From Lama glama (lineage: Eukaryota), in the NCBI GenBank assembly GCA_028534125.1, contig CM052816.1:70558001-70622000 (forward strand): a stretch of 64,000 nucleotides of DNA. The letters run 5' to 3'. The translations under genes were made by a program, and so were the position numbers. Shown here piece by piece: positions 12,451-25,631 of the stretch. Below the pieces are notes generated by a model. The model saw only the letters and a program-made list of their open reading frames with translations. It ran no database searches and had not been told where the DNA came from. Every line of letters starts with the position of its first letter. The stretch's first letter is position 1.

Positions 12451-13599
12451 TTACAGAAAACATGTCTAAAACCACTTTTAAAAATACCACTTTAAAAAAA
12501 TAACTCAACTGCCTGAGATGCTGGCATTCTAATCATAGTGCCATCTTTCTCCCAGATTCCCAGGCTTCAAATCAAATCATTCATTATTTAAATCATTTGT
12601 GATTCTCTCTTCAAATGTTCATAAGCACTTTTAAAATGAAATTCTATGTTTCCTGCCTTATAGACAATTAATAGAGTGATAACTCATTTGGAGACCTAAG
12701 GTGTCATCCAAATGCTTCATTTAACGGTCTTGCCAGTTCTTCCTTATTCATGTCTGCCACAGACCTTCCTTTTCCATTTTTATTGTTGATATGTCATCTC
12801 AGGTCTTCTCGCCTTATCCTTGAGCTCCAAAAAGAGCCTTTTGTTGTTGTTGTTGATGCATTTTCTGGTTATAAATGTGGGCAAAAGGCTAATAACACCC
12901 TTGCTCCTGGTAAATGAGAATCTGACCTTTGGCTTACTCTGACTCTGGTCCCCTGGAAATATGAGGGAAGGATTTCAACTATGGTACTATGGTACTGAAT
13001 GTGGTAAAAATAACCTCACTGGCTCACTGCACATAGTGGAACTTCAAATACTGGATGGAGATAAACTATGCTGGGCTTCCTAGAATGCAGTGACTCCTGT
13101 GACTGCATGCTCTTAGCAGGACTGCTAGAAGCTGTGTCTGTGGTGCTATTGTAAAGATGATGGCTCCTGTGGGGCTTTAAAGCTAGAGCAGCTCTTGTAC
13201 CTGCCCGAAGTGTCTGTCTCCTGGCACCTAGGCGGTCCTGTTGTAGGGCTGCACGGCTTCAGCCAGGGCTAATGGAGGCGTGGAGGCTGGTGCTGCCCTG
13301 CCCTTCCGAGTGGTTTGCATGTGTGTGTCTAGAATATTCAGTGAAGCTGAAGAATGCCCCCACCAGTGAGGACTGTAGAATAGTTAATAAATTCTCATTC
13401 TAGAACACCTGTAAAACACAGAAAACTATGCATAAAGTAATAAAAATTGTCCAAATGATCACAATTTAATAATAACCAACAATACCATAGGTATTTCTTT
13501 CGGTTTAAAAAAATAGTTATATATACACTTATGTTTGCACATTGCATATATGATTTCTTAAATTACTTTTAATATTCCATATTATCTAATGAGACTTCT

Positions 13600-14010
13600 C
13601 TGATTTTACATGTTATAGATTACTTCCCATCACCTCCAGGAGAAAAATCCAAATTCTTTAGACTGCCATTCAAAACCTCACCCAATGGGGGCCCACTTCT
13701 TTTTCACTGGCTCTTGGCCTGCTCTTCCTACCTGTCTACACTCTGTCTTTCACCTAGCCCACACTTTAGCTCGTATTAAGACTTCCTGTACCAATCCTTG
13801 CTTAAAAAGGAATCTTTCCACCTTCTGAATTTATTGTCTGTGGCACTGGCACCTTCATGCTTCTTAATGTTTTAGATTTCTTTTTTTGATATGTATTTGT
13901 ATGTCTGTATCTACATCATTATCTACACACCGTACCTCTGCCTCCTTCCGGCTGAAATGTTCCTGAGGCCAAAGATGGAGACAATTTACATGCCTCCAGG
14001 GAAACTAACG
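13600..14010 (+). mobile_element. L2 LINE 3' fragment
   Basis: 'cttcccatcacctccaggagaaaaatccaaattcttt...' through 'aatgttcctgaggccaaagat' resembles the L2 3' region. Confidence 0.55.
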
Positions 14011-14148
14011 CAGGGCCCTGTTCACAGCGGATGGTGTATGTGGGGGGGGGGGGCTGTGTTTTTTTTTTTTTTAAGTTGAGGACTGTAGACAGTTAAATTT
14101 ACAAACAGTATGAATGGATTAGTTGAAAACAATAATTTTGAAGCGTAC

Positions 14149-14291
14149 CTGTTCTCCACTGAGTGTCTGGAGAATGCTGATGTCTCCATCTTCCATCCTG
14201 TAGATGATGACCTGGCCTGTATGATTGTATCGCGGCTGTCCGGCAAGGTAGAGCACATCTCCAGGGACAGTGGCAGAGTTTACTGTGTAAC
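14149..14291 (-). CDS. ITGA1: ITGA1 exon 12 (143 bp)
   Basis: tgttag|GT TAC...GAA CAG|gtacgc; encodes (G)YTVNSATVPGDVLYLAGQPRYNHTGQVIIYRMEDGDISILQTLSGEQ. Confidence 0.96.
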
Positions 14292-14572
14292 CTAACAAAA
14301 GAGAGACACCAGGTGTACTCGCTGGCCCCTTGGAGTGTGCACGGAATAAGTTAAGCTCCATTTTAAACGGTAGGGAATCATTTTTCTGTGTTTATATGGA
14401 CTTTTCTCTCTCTTTTTTTTTTAAATATATAGTTTAATGCAGATAAGTTTGTTTTGGTAGGAGCTTTTAGTGTGCTCCCTGATAATCTACCCTAACTGCT
14501 TTGTCCTAAAAAGGTATTTTTCCCTAACCTCAGTTTTTCATTATTTTAAAGGCATTAGTGATATAACAACAA

Positions 14573-14578
<6 letters not shown>

Positions 14579-14612
<34 letters not shown>
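14579..14612. repeat. (AC)17 microsatellite
   Basis: Perfect AC run. Confidence 0.95.
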
Positions 14613-14617
<5 letters not shown>

Positions 14618-17492
14618 CTTGTAGTCTCAATTTACTCCTTTGTACCAAATCAATTGTATTTCATTTGGATCCATGTGTTTGTACTATACAAATTGATAAT
14701 TGATCATTTTATACAGTTGGAATCACAGTAAATGTAAACCTCTTCTGTACTGCTGCCTAGTTTTTTAATTGTAACGTTAAATGGTTGAAGCTTATTTCTC
14801 TGAGTTAAGGTATGAATACATTCTGTTTATACTGCAAGACCATTCCCTGATGGAATGGTGGAATTTAGGTGGTTTTTAAATTTTTTGGCATTACACTTAA
14901 GCCTGCAAAGACATCATTGAGCATTTAATTTGTTTTCTTTCTTTTGGATTTTTTTGACGATAAATTTCAAGGAACAGATTACTAGATCAAATTTTAATGG
15001 TTCTTATAGTATATGGCAAATTGTTTCCAGAACATTTATACTAGCATGTATACTATTCCATGAACAGCCATCTAAGAGAGTAGTTTCACCAAACTCTCAC
15101 AAACATTAGGTATCATTACTACAATTTAAATTTGTGGATGTTCTGATGGATGTTAAACAATCTACCAATATCACCTTCCTGTGACTGAGATTTTCATTTG
15201 TTTAATTAAAAGTGAGCTTGAATAGCTTTTCATCTTTAATCATTCCTCTTTTTAATAAGGGTTTCATGCCCTTTAAAAATTTAAAGTATGTCTTTAAGGA
15301 AGATTATTATTAATTTTTGAGTGAAGAATTAAACATTCTTTGTATCTCCAGAGAATAGAGCTAAATCAATAGATAAAAATTACCACATGCAGATTTCAAC
15401 TCTACAAGAGGAAGAAATGTTCCAATAACCAGAGTTGACCATCACTGGAGCAGAGGGCAAATTATTTTTCAAAATGCCACAGAACAGCATTTCTTACTGA
15501 GAAAATGACTATATTGATAATTTACTTACCAAGTATCTTTTACCATAAGACAACAGTTCCACTTTCCTATAAAACTTTTAAAAAGACACAGAGGTTTTGT
15601 ACTAAAATATGTTTATCCTTACAAGTGCTAAAGGAACACAATTCCTCAGCCATATTTTCCTTCATGAATATTTTTCTCACATTTTCATTTCTTCATCCAT
15701 CTTAGAGCTTTTAAAAAAACACTATACATAATAGACTATAAATTTAATAGTTTAGTATTAATAGTATTAATTTAATAATTTAACTGTAAATAGACTATTA
15801 TTTTTAAACATGTAATATGTTATATTTTTATGTTACTAACCACAATATTGTTGAAAAAACAAAAACTTTACGATCAAGTTTATAACATAAATAAAATGGA
15901 GGAGAATATGCAAAACAAAGGCTGCTTTATTTCATGTTGCTACTAAGAAATATGAACAAGGGAATGGGATGAGTTTAGGATACATTGATTTGCTTTTTTT
16001 TGCAACTTTCAGAGCTATGAATGCAAACTGATAAAAGAATCTTTAAAAAATAAGTTGAAAACTATGTTTGAGGCTTGGAGTTGTGTGATTATTTAACTCA
16101 CTTTGATGAGTCACACTCCATAACTAAAACTATTAGACGAACTCTTCACAGGGGCAGAAACAACCAGTGAGGCAGTCCTGGCTGAAGCTCTGGCGTCCAA
16201 AGACAGTGAAGAGGGATTGAGAAGGGGGTCCCAGGAAAGTCGAGTTTTAGTAAAAGGAAAATCATTATAAAGATTTAAAAGCTTAACATCACTTTCTGAA
16301 AAAGAAAGGCAGACATTTGAAGAGAAAGAAAAGTTGCTGGTGTAGCTGTGTGTGTGGATTTATAAAGAGTGACTCCTGTCGGCTCTTGTGAGAAAACTGC
16401 GAGGATCTGGTGAGGTAATGGGAAACAGGTATGATCCGTCTGAATCTCATGCGTTTGCCTCACGTCTGTACTGTTTCTTTGGCGTTAGTCAGGCGTGATT
16501 AGCAAACTGTGGGTGGGGGAGGCAGGGAACACAATTTTATCAACTGGATTGTTACAGCAAAACCACCTGCTAAGCACATATGGGCAGAAAGCCGTCACTG
16601 GGTTACAGAAAGATGGGTGCATGACTACCCAAAGGGAGGTTCCACAGCTTCAATTACTACTTCTTTCTGATCACTAGTGGTTAGGTTGGGATTTTTTACA
16701 GACTATCTATTTCTTACTTTGTTTCCTCCATATGAATTTTCATAGTCTAACAACTTGCAGTCCACACAGATTTCAGGTGAACACGTTCAATCTCTTCTTA
16801 GTTTGTAACCCACGTGAGGAAACATTTTGAAAACCTACTTTTAGATTTAGAATAATATTTAGGGGGAAAAAGCTGTTTTTCTCTCCTGAATTCTTTCTTT
16901 CTTCCTGTCCTCTCTTTCTATTTTGAAATAAATCTTACATATATTTGACTTTATTTATGTTGGCAAAATGTCTAATGCAGTGACCTGTGACTAAGCTAAT
17001 GAAATGAGTTCTGAAACAGAAAAAAAAAATCATCTTAGCACCCTGTAGACAACACACCTCCAAATTTCCTTTTCTGGAAAGAGAAGAATCATATAAATAC
17101 TGTGGTCAGGATTGAAGGGTCTATTAATTTTATCTTGCTTGCAGCAATATCTTTAAGTCTTGAGTTCTCTGAGTCTGCTTTAAGGAAACCATTAACCCAA
17201 ATATTTTTAAAATAATAGACTTAGGGTTCTTTAAGGCTATTTGTTTTTAAGGAATTTAATCACTTTGTCATCATTCAGAATATCAAAAATATTCTAGTGT
17301 TATTTATCAAATAACATTATTATTTAATATTTTATTAAATGTGCTGTTAAAATGTGTGAACTTCCTTAGAGTAGTGACAATGTCACTCACATCTTTGTGG
17401 ACTTCACACAGTGTCTTTAATGTTGTAAATATTCAGTACTAATTAGTAGCAGTATTAATGTCAGCTACTGTTAGTATTTTATGTAATATACT

Positions 17493-17971
17493 TGTATTAG
17501 TCTATTGCAGCTGTAACAAATTATCACAAATTTGGTGGCTTAAAACATCACAAATTTTTTTATCTTATAAAGTTGGAAGTCAGACCTAGGTCTTCCTGGC
17601 TAAAATCACAGCGTTGGCAGGGCTGGGGTCTTTCCAGAGGCTCTAAAAGGGAGTCCATTTCCTTGCCCATGGTACCTTCTAGAGACCACTCACATTCCGT
17701 GGCTTGTGGCTCCCCTTCTCCATCTTTAAAGCCAACAATATTGCATCTCTATGACCATTTTTCTATAGTTCTATCTTCTGGCCACAAATAGTAGATCTTC
17801 TCTGATTTAGGAGCCCATGTGATGAGACTGGGCCCAGCCAGGATATCCCAGGATAATCTCATCTCAAGATGCTTAACTTAATCACACCTGCAAGGTCCCT
17901 TTTGACATATAAGATCTGGGTCTGGGGATAAGGACATGGACATCTTTGGGGTCATTATTCTGCCTCTCAGA
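17493..17971 (-). mobile_element. MaLR solo LTR, MLT1D-like
   Basis: Reverse strand begins ...AGGCAGAATAATGACCCCAAAGATGTCCATGTCC and ends ...ACTAATACA; imperfect 5-bp TSD atact/ctact. Confidence 0.85.
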
Positions 17972-18024
17972 CTACTAATAAGAGGAATGTTTATTATATA
18001 ACATCACATAATAGTGCAATAACA

Positions 18025-18270
18025 GGCAGCACCTACTGAGTGTTGACTGTCTATCGAGCATAACACTAAATACTTTATAGGTATTATTTAATTTTATATT
18101 CATAACAATCCAAATATACATATAATATATTATAAATAATTACTATATTTATGTAAAATACTTTTTTTAGACATAAGCAAGTTGAGGCTTTGAGAAATAA
18201 CGTAATTTGCCTAAAGTCATAGCCAGGAGCAAGTCAGAAAACAAACTCAAGTCTCCATGACCTCAGAGTA
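18025..18270 (-). mobile_element. MIR SINE
   Basis: 'cctactgagtgttgactgtct...ttagacataagcaagttgaggctttgagaaataacgtaatttgcctaaagtcatagc'. Confidence 0.7.
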
Positions 18271-20543
18271 TCTCTGACTGACTGTATGTCCAGTGCCCTA
18301 ATCACTTCAAGTCTTCAGTATCATGGGATCAGCAGCTTTATAATTTTTATTTTTATGGTTTCATAATGTACCATCAACATTTACTTAACTAGTCCTATAC
18401 TTCTGGACATTTAGGATATGCCATTTATCCCAATGTCATAAATAATAGTACAATTAAAACAATTGCTCCCATGGCATTTTTTAATTGGATTTTTTTCCCT
18501 TAGGTTAGATCCTCAGAAGTAAAAAATTTAGGTCAATGTGGTGTAAACATTTTTATGGCTCTGGATAAACATTGTCAAATGACTTTCCTAGAAAGTAACA
18601 CTAATGTATATGCCACCATTACATATGAGAATTAGCGTCCTCTGATTCTTCTATCTAGGACGGAAAGAAGCCTCAGGCAAAACTGGTCCTTGATTTCAAG
18701 GTGTTTCACGTAGAGCAGTCTTATAGAATCTTAGAACATGAAGACCCTTTAGAAGCCACCTAACCTAACCTCCTGTCCTCTTTTTACACGTTCTATGTCA
18801 TAGCACATATTATACTGATAGTAATTGCTTGGTTCAGTATTGTCTCTCACCCAAAAAGGTAAGCTTCATCAAGGCAGGGATAGATACCTCTTATTTATCT
18901 TGTTATTCTCATTTTATAACTCAGTGTTTGGCACACTGCAGGTTCTCACTATCTATAAGTGCTTTCTTGATCAACCCAGAATCAGGCATTTTTGGTACTG
19001 CAAAATGAACACTGGAATAAGAATTGAGACCCAGATTCTAGTTTCATACCTGCCACAGGTAGCTGTGATGCAACATTTATATTTCTCTATTTCTTAATTG
19101 GGAAAATTAGATGCTTACTATATGCTTTCTAATATTTCTTTTAATGATAAAACTCAATATGAATTTTAATGGCAACCCCTTAATTTTTACATCATAATCC
19201 TTCAAATATTTAAAAGACATGCAGTGTACATTTTGTTTTCTAACCATCAATTTCTTCAGGTTTGGTGAGGAGAAGGATGGGTAGATGGGGACTGTTTCCA
19301 GATCTGTATCTTGTAGATAATTTTTTACTGGCAATCCTAGTTTGGCATTTTCTTTTATAATGTGTAATGCTTAGGACAATGCTTAGAATACTTTAGCTGC
19401 TCCTTGCTTAGGGCAGAATGAAATAGGACTTTTATGAGAAATAGACTAGACTTTCATTAGCACATTTCACATGTCTTAAGGGGTTTTAGCATTCACGTTA
19501 TACCTGCTGCTTCCTGCTGTATTTTTAATTATCTAAACTCAGACTTTTCATTCTTCTTAAATCCTGCTGACGCTACAGCTTTAATACATGCCCTTGAATA
19601 AGATGTGTGGACGTGCTAGTAAACACCTGCCACCTTCTTTGTAAAACAGAAGAAAGCTGGGATAGAGAGAGAAAAAGACTCACCCCTCCCAGGACAGAAA
19701 GATCACAGAATGGAATCCAAACATGCTAAAGTATGACCACTGCACGGTCTTTGTTTTCTTTACCCCTGCACCCCCAGCACCGAAAACGATGCCTAGTGCG
19801 GGACAGGTGCCCCCTAAATATTTGTTGAGTGAATGGGGGGGCTAGGAAACCAAATCCTGGGGGTCCTTTCTAACCTAGACTCTCCCAACTGTTTACTGAA
19901 ATCATCTAGTGATAGAAGAGTCCCCTGGCCACCCCCAGCCGGGCACAGATCCAGAATAAAGTGACATCAGACACACACCTCCTCGTTCTAGACAAGCCTT
20001 TGGAAAATCGTTACATCATTGGGTTTAAGCTCATGTGCCTGATTGTGAACAGAAGTATTGAAGAAGAAGCCATATGACAAAATAGATGAAAAGTTTACTT
20101 CCCAAAATTAAGACCCACAGAAAGGAACAAATGATAGAGGATATTTAAAAGAATATGGGAGCCTAATCTTCAGGATATAGGCTGAGTTAAGGTTTCTTTT
20201 CCTAACTCTGCTTCCTGTCCACTCGACCTGAAGCACTTCTTGTAGTTAATGAGAATGTCAGACAGAGAGGCCTCATAAAGTGCAATTATCAGTCCAAATC
20301 ATTCCCAGCACTAGACAGCCCCTCCGAGAAATGCTCTCCCATGTTCTGTTGTTTTTACTAAGGCTACTCAGAGGTCTGGAAACTTTCACGGGTCCTGGAA
20401 AACATCTAACCCTTAGAAATGATCTCTCTTACATGGTTGTATATAGGTATGCTTATAAAAATATGAGAAAATTAAGCTAAGAAAATTTTAAAAACACAAA
20501 AATGTGAAAAAGCAACTTTCTATCCATGACATCCAAACTTTAC

Positions 20544-20688
20544 CTAAGTAAGAAGCAAGAGGTTCATTCTTCTTCGTAGACTCAACATTAAAGGTGGTGT
20601 TTTGGGGAATTAGGATTTGATTAGCCTTCTGCATGACGACTGTTCCATTCCAATCGTAGGCTCCCACAGCTCCAAGCATGACCCAGTC
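20544..20688 (-). CDS. ITGA1: ITGA1 exon 11 (145 bp)
   Basis: tataag|GAC TGG...TAC TTA G|gtaaag; encodes DWVMLGAVGAYDWNGTVVMQKANQILIPQNTTFNVESTKKNEPLASYL. Confidence 0.96.
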
Positions 20689-20734
20689 CTTATATCCAAA
20701 TAGAGAAAACAACATTTAACAAAAGTAGTAAGAG

Positions 20735-20905
20735 CAAACACTTACATAGCATTAATACGATAGGTACTCTTCAAAGTGCTTTACATATATTAATTCGTAT
20801 AATTATCACAATGACCCTTTGGGCTAGATGCCATGATTTTCACCCCTATTTTACAGAAAAGGAAACTGAGGCAGAGCAAATAAAGTATCCTAGGTTATAC
20901 AGTAC
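20735..20905 (-). mobile_element. MIR SINE
   Basis: 'aagtgctttacatatattaattcg...cctattttacagaaaaggaaactgaggcagag'. Confidence 0.8.
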
Positions 20906-21373
20906 AACTGCACATTGAAATGTCAGTATTCCTGTGCAGGGACCATGGTACCTTTTCTTCCATCAACTACAAGGGATATCTTTTCTAATCTTGCCTTTTT
21001 GCCTTGTGGATGCTAAGAATCTGGGTCTTGAACATGGCGTTCCAGCAAGACCCTTGGGTACCTCAACACTGAAAAAAAATATACATTTTATATTTTTAGC
21101 CACTATATTAAATTAAATATTTATTTAGCTAGATGTAGATTTACAGAAAGCAGACCTTACACTGCCTGGTTTGCAATTATCAGTACAATATAGTGAGCTG
21201 TGTAACATAACATTTTTTCCTAACAAGAAGCTTATGAAATAGTGTTTGCCTATTTGGACTGGAAACAAGTGAACTGCAAGTTGTGCTTATAATGCTGATA
21301 CCTTGGTATTGGGTTTGGGAAAGGAAATCTCAAACAAAAAGATACTTTATTTTCTACCAACTGGGTGACGTAC

Positions 21374-21447
21374 CTGTGAATAATGAGCACTGAAGCCCGT
21401 CTGAGACATTTCCATCTCAAAAGAAGCGGCTGACTGGTCAGCTGTAG
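21374..21447 (-). CDS. ITGA1: ITGA1 exon 10 (74 bp)
   Basis: ttacag|CT ACA GCT...TCA CAG|gtacgt; encodes (A)TADQSAASFEMEMSQTGFSAHYSQ. Confidence 0.96.
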
Positions 21448-23754
21448 CTGTAATGTAGAAGAATTGCCTTAAGCACATTGCTGATTTACAGAAGACAGAA
21501 ACCTGGTACAGTCTGTGGTCTCTACCAACCAGAACTTCTAGCATCTTTAGGACCTTTTTAGCCACACATTTCTCAACCCCAAATTCCTAGGTAGCGCTGG
21601 GCTGGGTGGAGACACGGAAGGTTAGCAGAAGGGCTGAGGTTCACATTCTTGACCGCTCGCTTCCCCACTCTTGCTGGAGGACTTGAGACATCTATCCATG
21701 CTTCTGTTCTTCTCTAGTGGGCTTGTGTAGGCTCGTCCTCTGGTGCTTTGAATCCACGTGGTGAAAGCTCTGTGCTTACCCTCACTCCTGACACGTTAGG
21801 CTAAACTTACCTGATAAGTCACAGGACTGACAACAGTTGATTCACAGATTTAAATAGGTTTCTTGACTCTACCAGCCTCACCCATATTTCCTGCCATCTT
21901 TCCTCTTAGAATTGCATTGTTTGATAGAGGGTTTAGGGATTCTGGGTTTGTATTTGCTCTAATGTCTGGCTGTGGGTATCACTTCCAGAACAGGAGGGGA
22001 CTTTCCGACAGGGCTCTGGGACACATGGCCATTCCAATCACACATTTTTAAAAGATTCTGTACCCTCATTGAAGCTCTTTACTGACACACAGAGCTAATC
22101 CACAGTATTCTATGGGAGTGTGCTACCTGCAAAATATTTACCAACCCAAAGTCACAAGCTCCCGAGGGGATTAAGGGAATGTTGATTTATTTACTTTTGG
22201 AGGGAGTTACTGATTTATTTGGCCTTGCCAATAAGTTAAAACTAGCACATACTTTTAAGAGAGTCAAACTGCCCTTTTATCGAAGCATGACAGCAATCAA
22301 ACTTGTGAAATCAAACTTATTTACTCGTTATTTACTGGCATCAGTTTGTTAACAAATACATCAGTAATTGACTTTTTATAGGACTAGATTAAATGGGGGA
22401 AATCAATCAAACATTCAAATACATTATTTTAATCTCACATACAAAGTGCACTTTAGCTTTAATTTAGACTTTAATTTTATGTCCACAGTGCTTTCAGGTG
22501 CTTTGCCATTTGTCTCTGAAAGATCAATTATGAGAATGCAGTAGTAGAGACCTATGTATTTCCAGCACCTTCCCCTGCTGCTTTTCTGTTTACAACTGAG
22601 AACAGAGAGAAGGACATTCTGTGAAACCCTGCCTGCTGAATCTGCACAATGACAAAAGACACTGCATCCCTGATACTCCTCGCTGGACTTGTTCCTGGGT
22701 GTTGCAATAACTACTGTAATCTGTGTGCAGCTTCTGGTGAGGAATTTCAGCATTTCTCCCAGTACGTGATGGGAAAGGGAGACACTAGATCATTTTCTGA
22801 GTTCATCGGGCAAAGAGCTGGCCTGCTTACCTCACTAGGTGGCACTGTCCTTCGAAAAGCATGATTTTCATAATTGCTGCTATTTGCCATCTAAAGATAA
22901 ATGTTGCTAGGAAATGGAGATTTCCTAAGTAACAAAGAAATGAAGCCCTTTCTGACCTCATTATGTAAAATGTCAGAAACGGGCTAGTCAAAACACTGTT
23001 CGAGTTGGCCCTAAAACTGCAGCAATGAAGATATGGGAGACATTTTTAATCTGTGGAGTTTCTTATAAGATACTTTGGTTTTTAAATATGAAGACTTCTT
23101 GGAATATGTAGGTACTCCAATGTATAACCTTTAACTCACAGTGTGGTTAGGTTAGAAAGAATCTGAAAATGTCATGTAAGGCAAATTGACCCCTCCCCCA
23201 CCCAACAGCTGATACAGGCTTCATTTCTACAAGTCTTAGGTCATATTTGCTTGCTTCCTTAAGATGAGATTTAGAAATGAGACTGTGTTTAACTATCTAC
23301 TGTAACTAAGTAATTTTTCTTTTAAATGATCTTTGCAGATTGTTTTATTATATCTGGTTCATGTTATTAAAAATCAAAAGTGCACAATGACTTGGAAAAC
23401 CTACGATCTTTCCTTAAGGCCAGCTAAGCTCATAATTTGGCCTAATAGTCAATGATACAGGCTGGCTGCTGTGAGACTAAGGCCACTTAAAAATGGCTTG
23501 TGCACAGAACATAGGACAGCCAAGTTCTCTAGAAGCAGCTGTGACTTCAGACTGATAAATAAGGTGAGTGTTCTGTTTCTAAAGGCAGAGGGGAAAAGGA
23601 GCCAGGGCAAAAGGAAACCAGAAAAACTCAGTCTGGATGGGCTCTGGACCCCCGTCATCTTAAAACAAACTTCCCACTTAGAGGTTGTGGTCAAGTCATG
23701 AAATCAACAGGGTGAGTCATAACCAGCATTTGTTTTTAATTGAAAGAGAATAGA

Positions 23755-25631
23755 GGTGCCTGCAGCCTGGATGGTCCTTGCTGAGATAACCTCTCTTTAA
23801 AAATACACTATTGGAGAAAGCAGCCAAGATGGTGAAGTAGAAGGACCCTGAGCTCACCTCCTCTCCGGAGCACACTGAAATCACAACTAACTGCAGAACA
23901 ATCACTGATGTAAAAGACCAGAATATACCAGGAAAGATCTACCACCAAAGACATAAAGAAGGAACCACGATGAGATGGCTAGGAGGGACAGACTCATGAT
24001 ATAATCAAACCCCATGTCCCCTGGGGTGGGTAGCCCACAAACTGGAGAATAATTACATTGCAGAGGCTCTCCCACAGGAGTGAGAGCTCTGAGCCCCATA
24101 TCAAGGCCCCCAGCCTGGGGTCTGGCACCAGGAAGAGGATCCCCCAGAGCATTCGGCTTTGAAGGCCAGAGGGGCTTGCTGCCAAATAGAAAAAAGAAAA
24201 AATAATAGAAAGAAATAAGGACAGTTTAAGAGACTTCTGGGACAACATCAAGCATGCTAATATTCATGTTATAGGTTTCTCAGAGGGAGAAGAGAGAGAG
24301 AAAGGGCCTGAGAAAATATTTGAAGAGGTAATAGCTGAAAACTTCCCTAACCTTGGAAAGGAAACAGTCATGCAAGTCCAGGAAGTGTAGAGTCCCATAC
24401 AGGATTAACCCAAAGAAGAACACACCAAGACACATTATAATGAAAATGACAAAAAATAAAGATAAAGAGAGAATATTAAAAGCAACAAAGGAAAAGTAAC
24501 ACATAACATACAAGGGTACTCCCATAAGACTATCATGTGGTTTTTCAGCAGAAATTCTGCAGGCCAGGAGTGAGTGACATGATACACTTAAAGTGATGAA
24601 AGAGAAAAACCTATAGCTAAGAATACTCTACCCAGCAAGACTCCCATTCAGATTTGATGGAGGAATCAACAGCTTTAAAGACAAGCAAAAGCTAAAAGAA
24701 TTCATCACCACTGAACCAGCTTTACAATAAACGCCAAAGGAACTCCTCTAGGTGGAAAAGAAAAAGCCACAATTATAAACAAGAAAATTAATAAGTGGGA
24801 TGATTCACTGATAAAGGCAAACATACAATAAAGTTAGGAAATCATCCACACACAAAGCTAGTAGGGAGTTTAAAAGACAAAAGTAATAATATCTGTATCA
24901 ACAATACCTACAGACAAATGAAAACAAAAACACAATGATCCAAAACTTACAGCATGCAGCTACCATATGATTCTGCAATCCCACTTCTGGGCATATATCT
25001 GGAGAAAACTTAATTTGAAAAGATACATGTACCTCGATGTTCATAGAAGCACTATTTACCCTAGCCAAGACATGGAAGCAACCTAACCATCCATTAACAG
25101 ATGATTGGATAAAGAAGATGTGGTGTATATAGGTGTGTGTATATAATGGAATATTACTCAGCCACAAAAGGAATGAAATAATGCTATTTGCAGCAACATG
25201 GATGGGCCTACAGAGTATCACATTAAGTGAAGTAAGTCAGACAGAGAAAGACAATTATCACATGCTATCATTTATATGTGTAATCTTTAAAAATGATACA
25301 AGTGAACTTATTTAAAAAACAGAAACAGACTCACAGACATAGAAAACAAACTTATGGTTACCAAAGGATAAAGGGGAGGTGGGGTATAAATTAGGAATTT
25401 GGGATTAACATAGATACTGCCATATATAAAACAGACAAACAACAAGGACCTACTGTATAGCATAGGGAACTATAATTCAATATCTTGTAATAACCTACCT
25501 AAGTTTCAGTGATTCAGTTTTATATATATACACAGAGATATAAATATATATATAACTGAATCACTTTGCTGCACACCTGAAACTAACACAACAGTGTAAA
25601 TTACACCTCAGCTAAAAAAGGTTAAAAAAAA
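23755..25631 (+). mobile_element. Internally deleted L1: 5'UTR, ORF1 C-terminal half, short ORF2 pieces, 3'UTR, A-rich tail
   Basis: 5' 'ggagaaagcagcCAAGATGG'; decayed ORF1 motifs SLRDFWDNIKHANIHVIG, PEKIFEEVIAENFPNLGKE, RILYPARL; ORF2 3' 'taccatatgattctgcaatcccacttctggg'; flanked by a 13-bp direct repeat GAAAGAGAATAGA (23742-23754, 25632-25644). Confidence 0.9.

Noticed and set aside
14042..14072. G12 and T14 homopolymers near the exon 12 donor
   Set aside because: The G run is on the non-transcript strand (C run in the pre-mRNA), and nothing supports a function.
14149..14291. Exon 12 is one codon shorter than human (ATVPGD versus ATASSGD)
   Set aside because: As I recall, rodents also have the short form, so it is probably not special to this species.
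16107..16114. AP-1 sites (TGAGTCA) here and at about ten other positions
   Set aside because: The count is close to chance expectation for a 7-mer in 64 kb, with no clear clustering.
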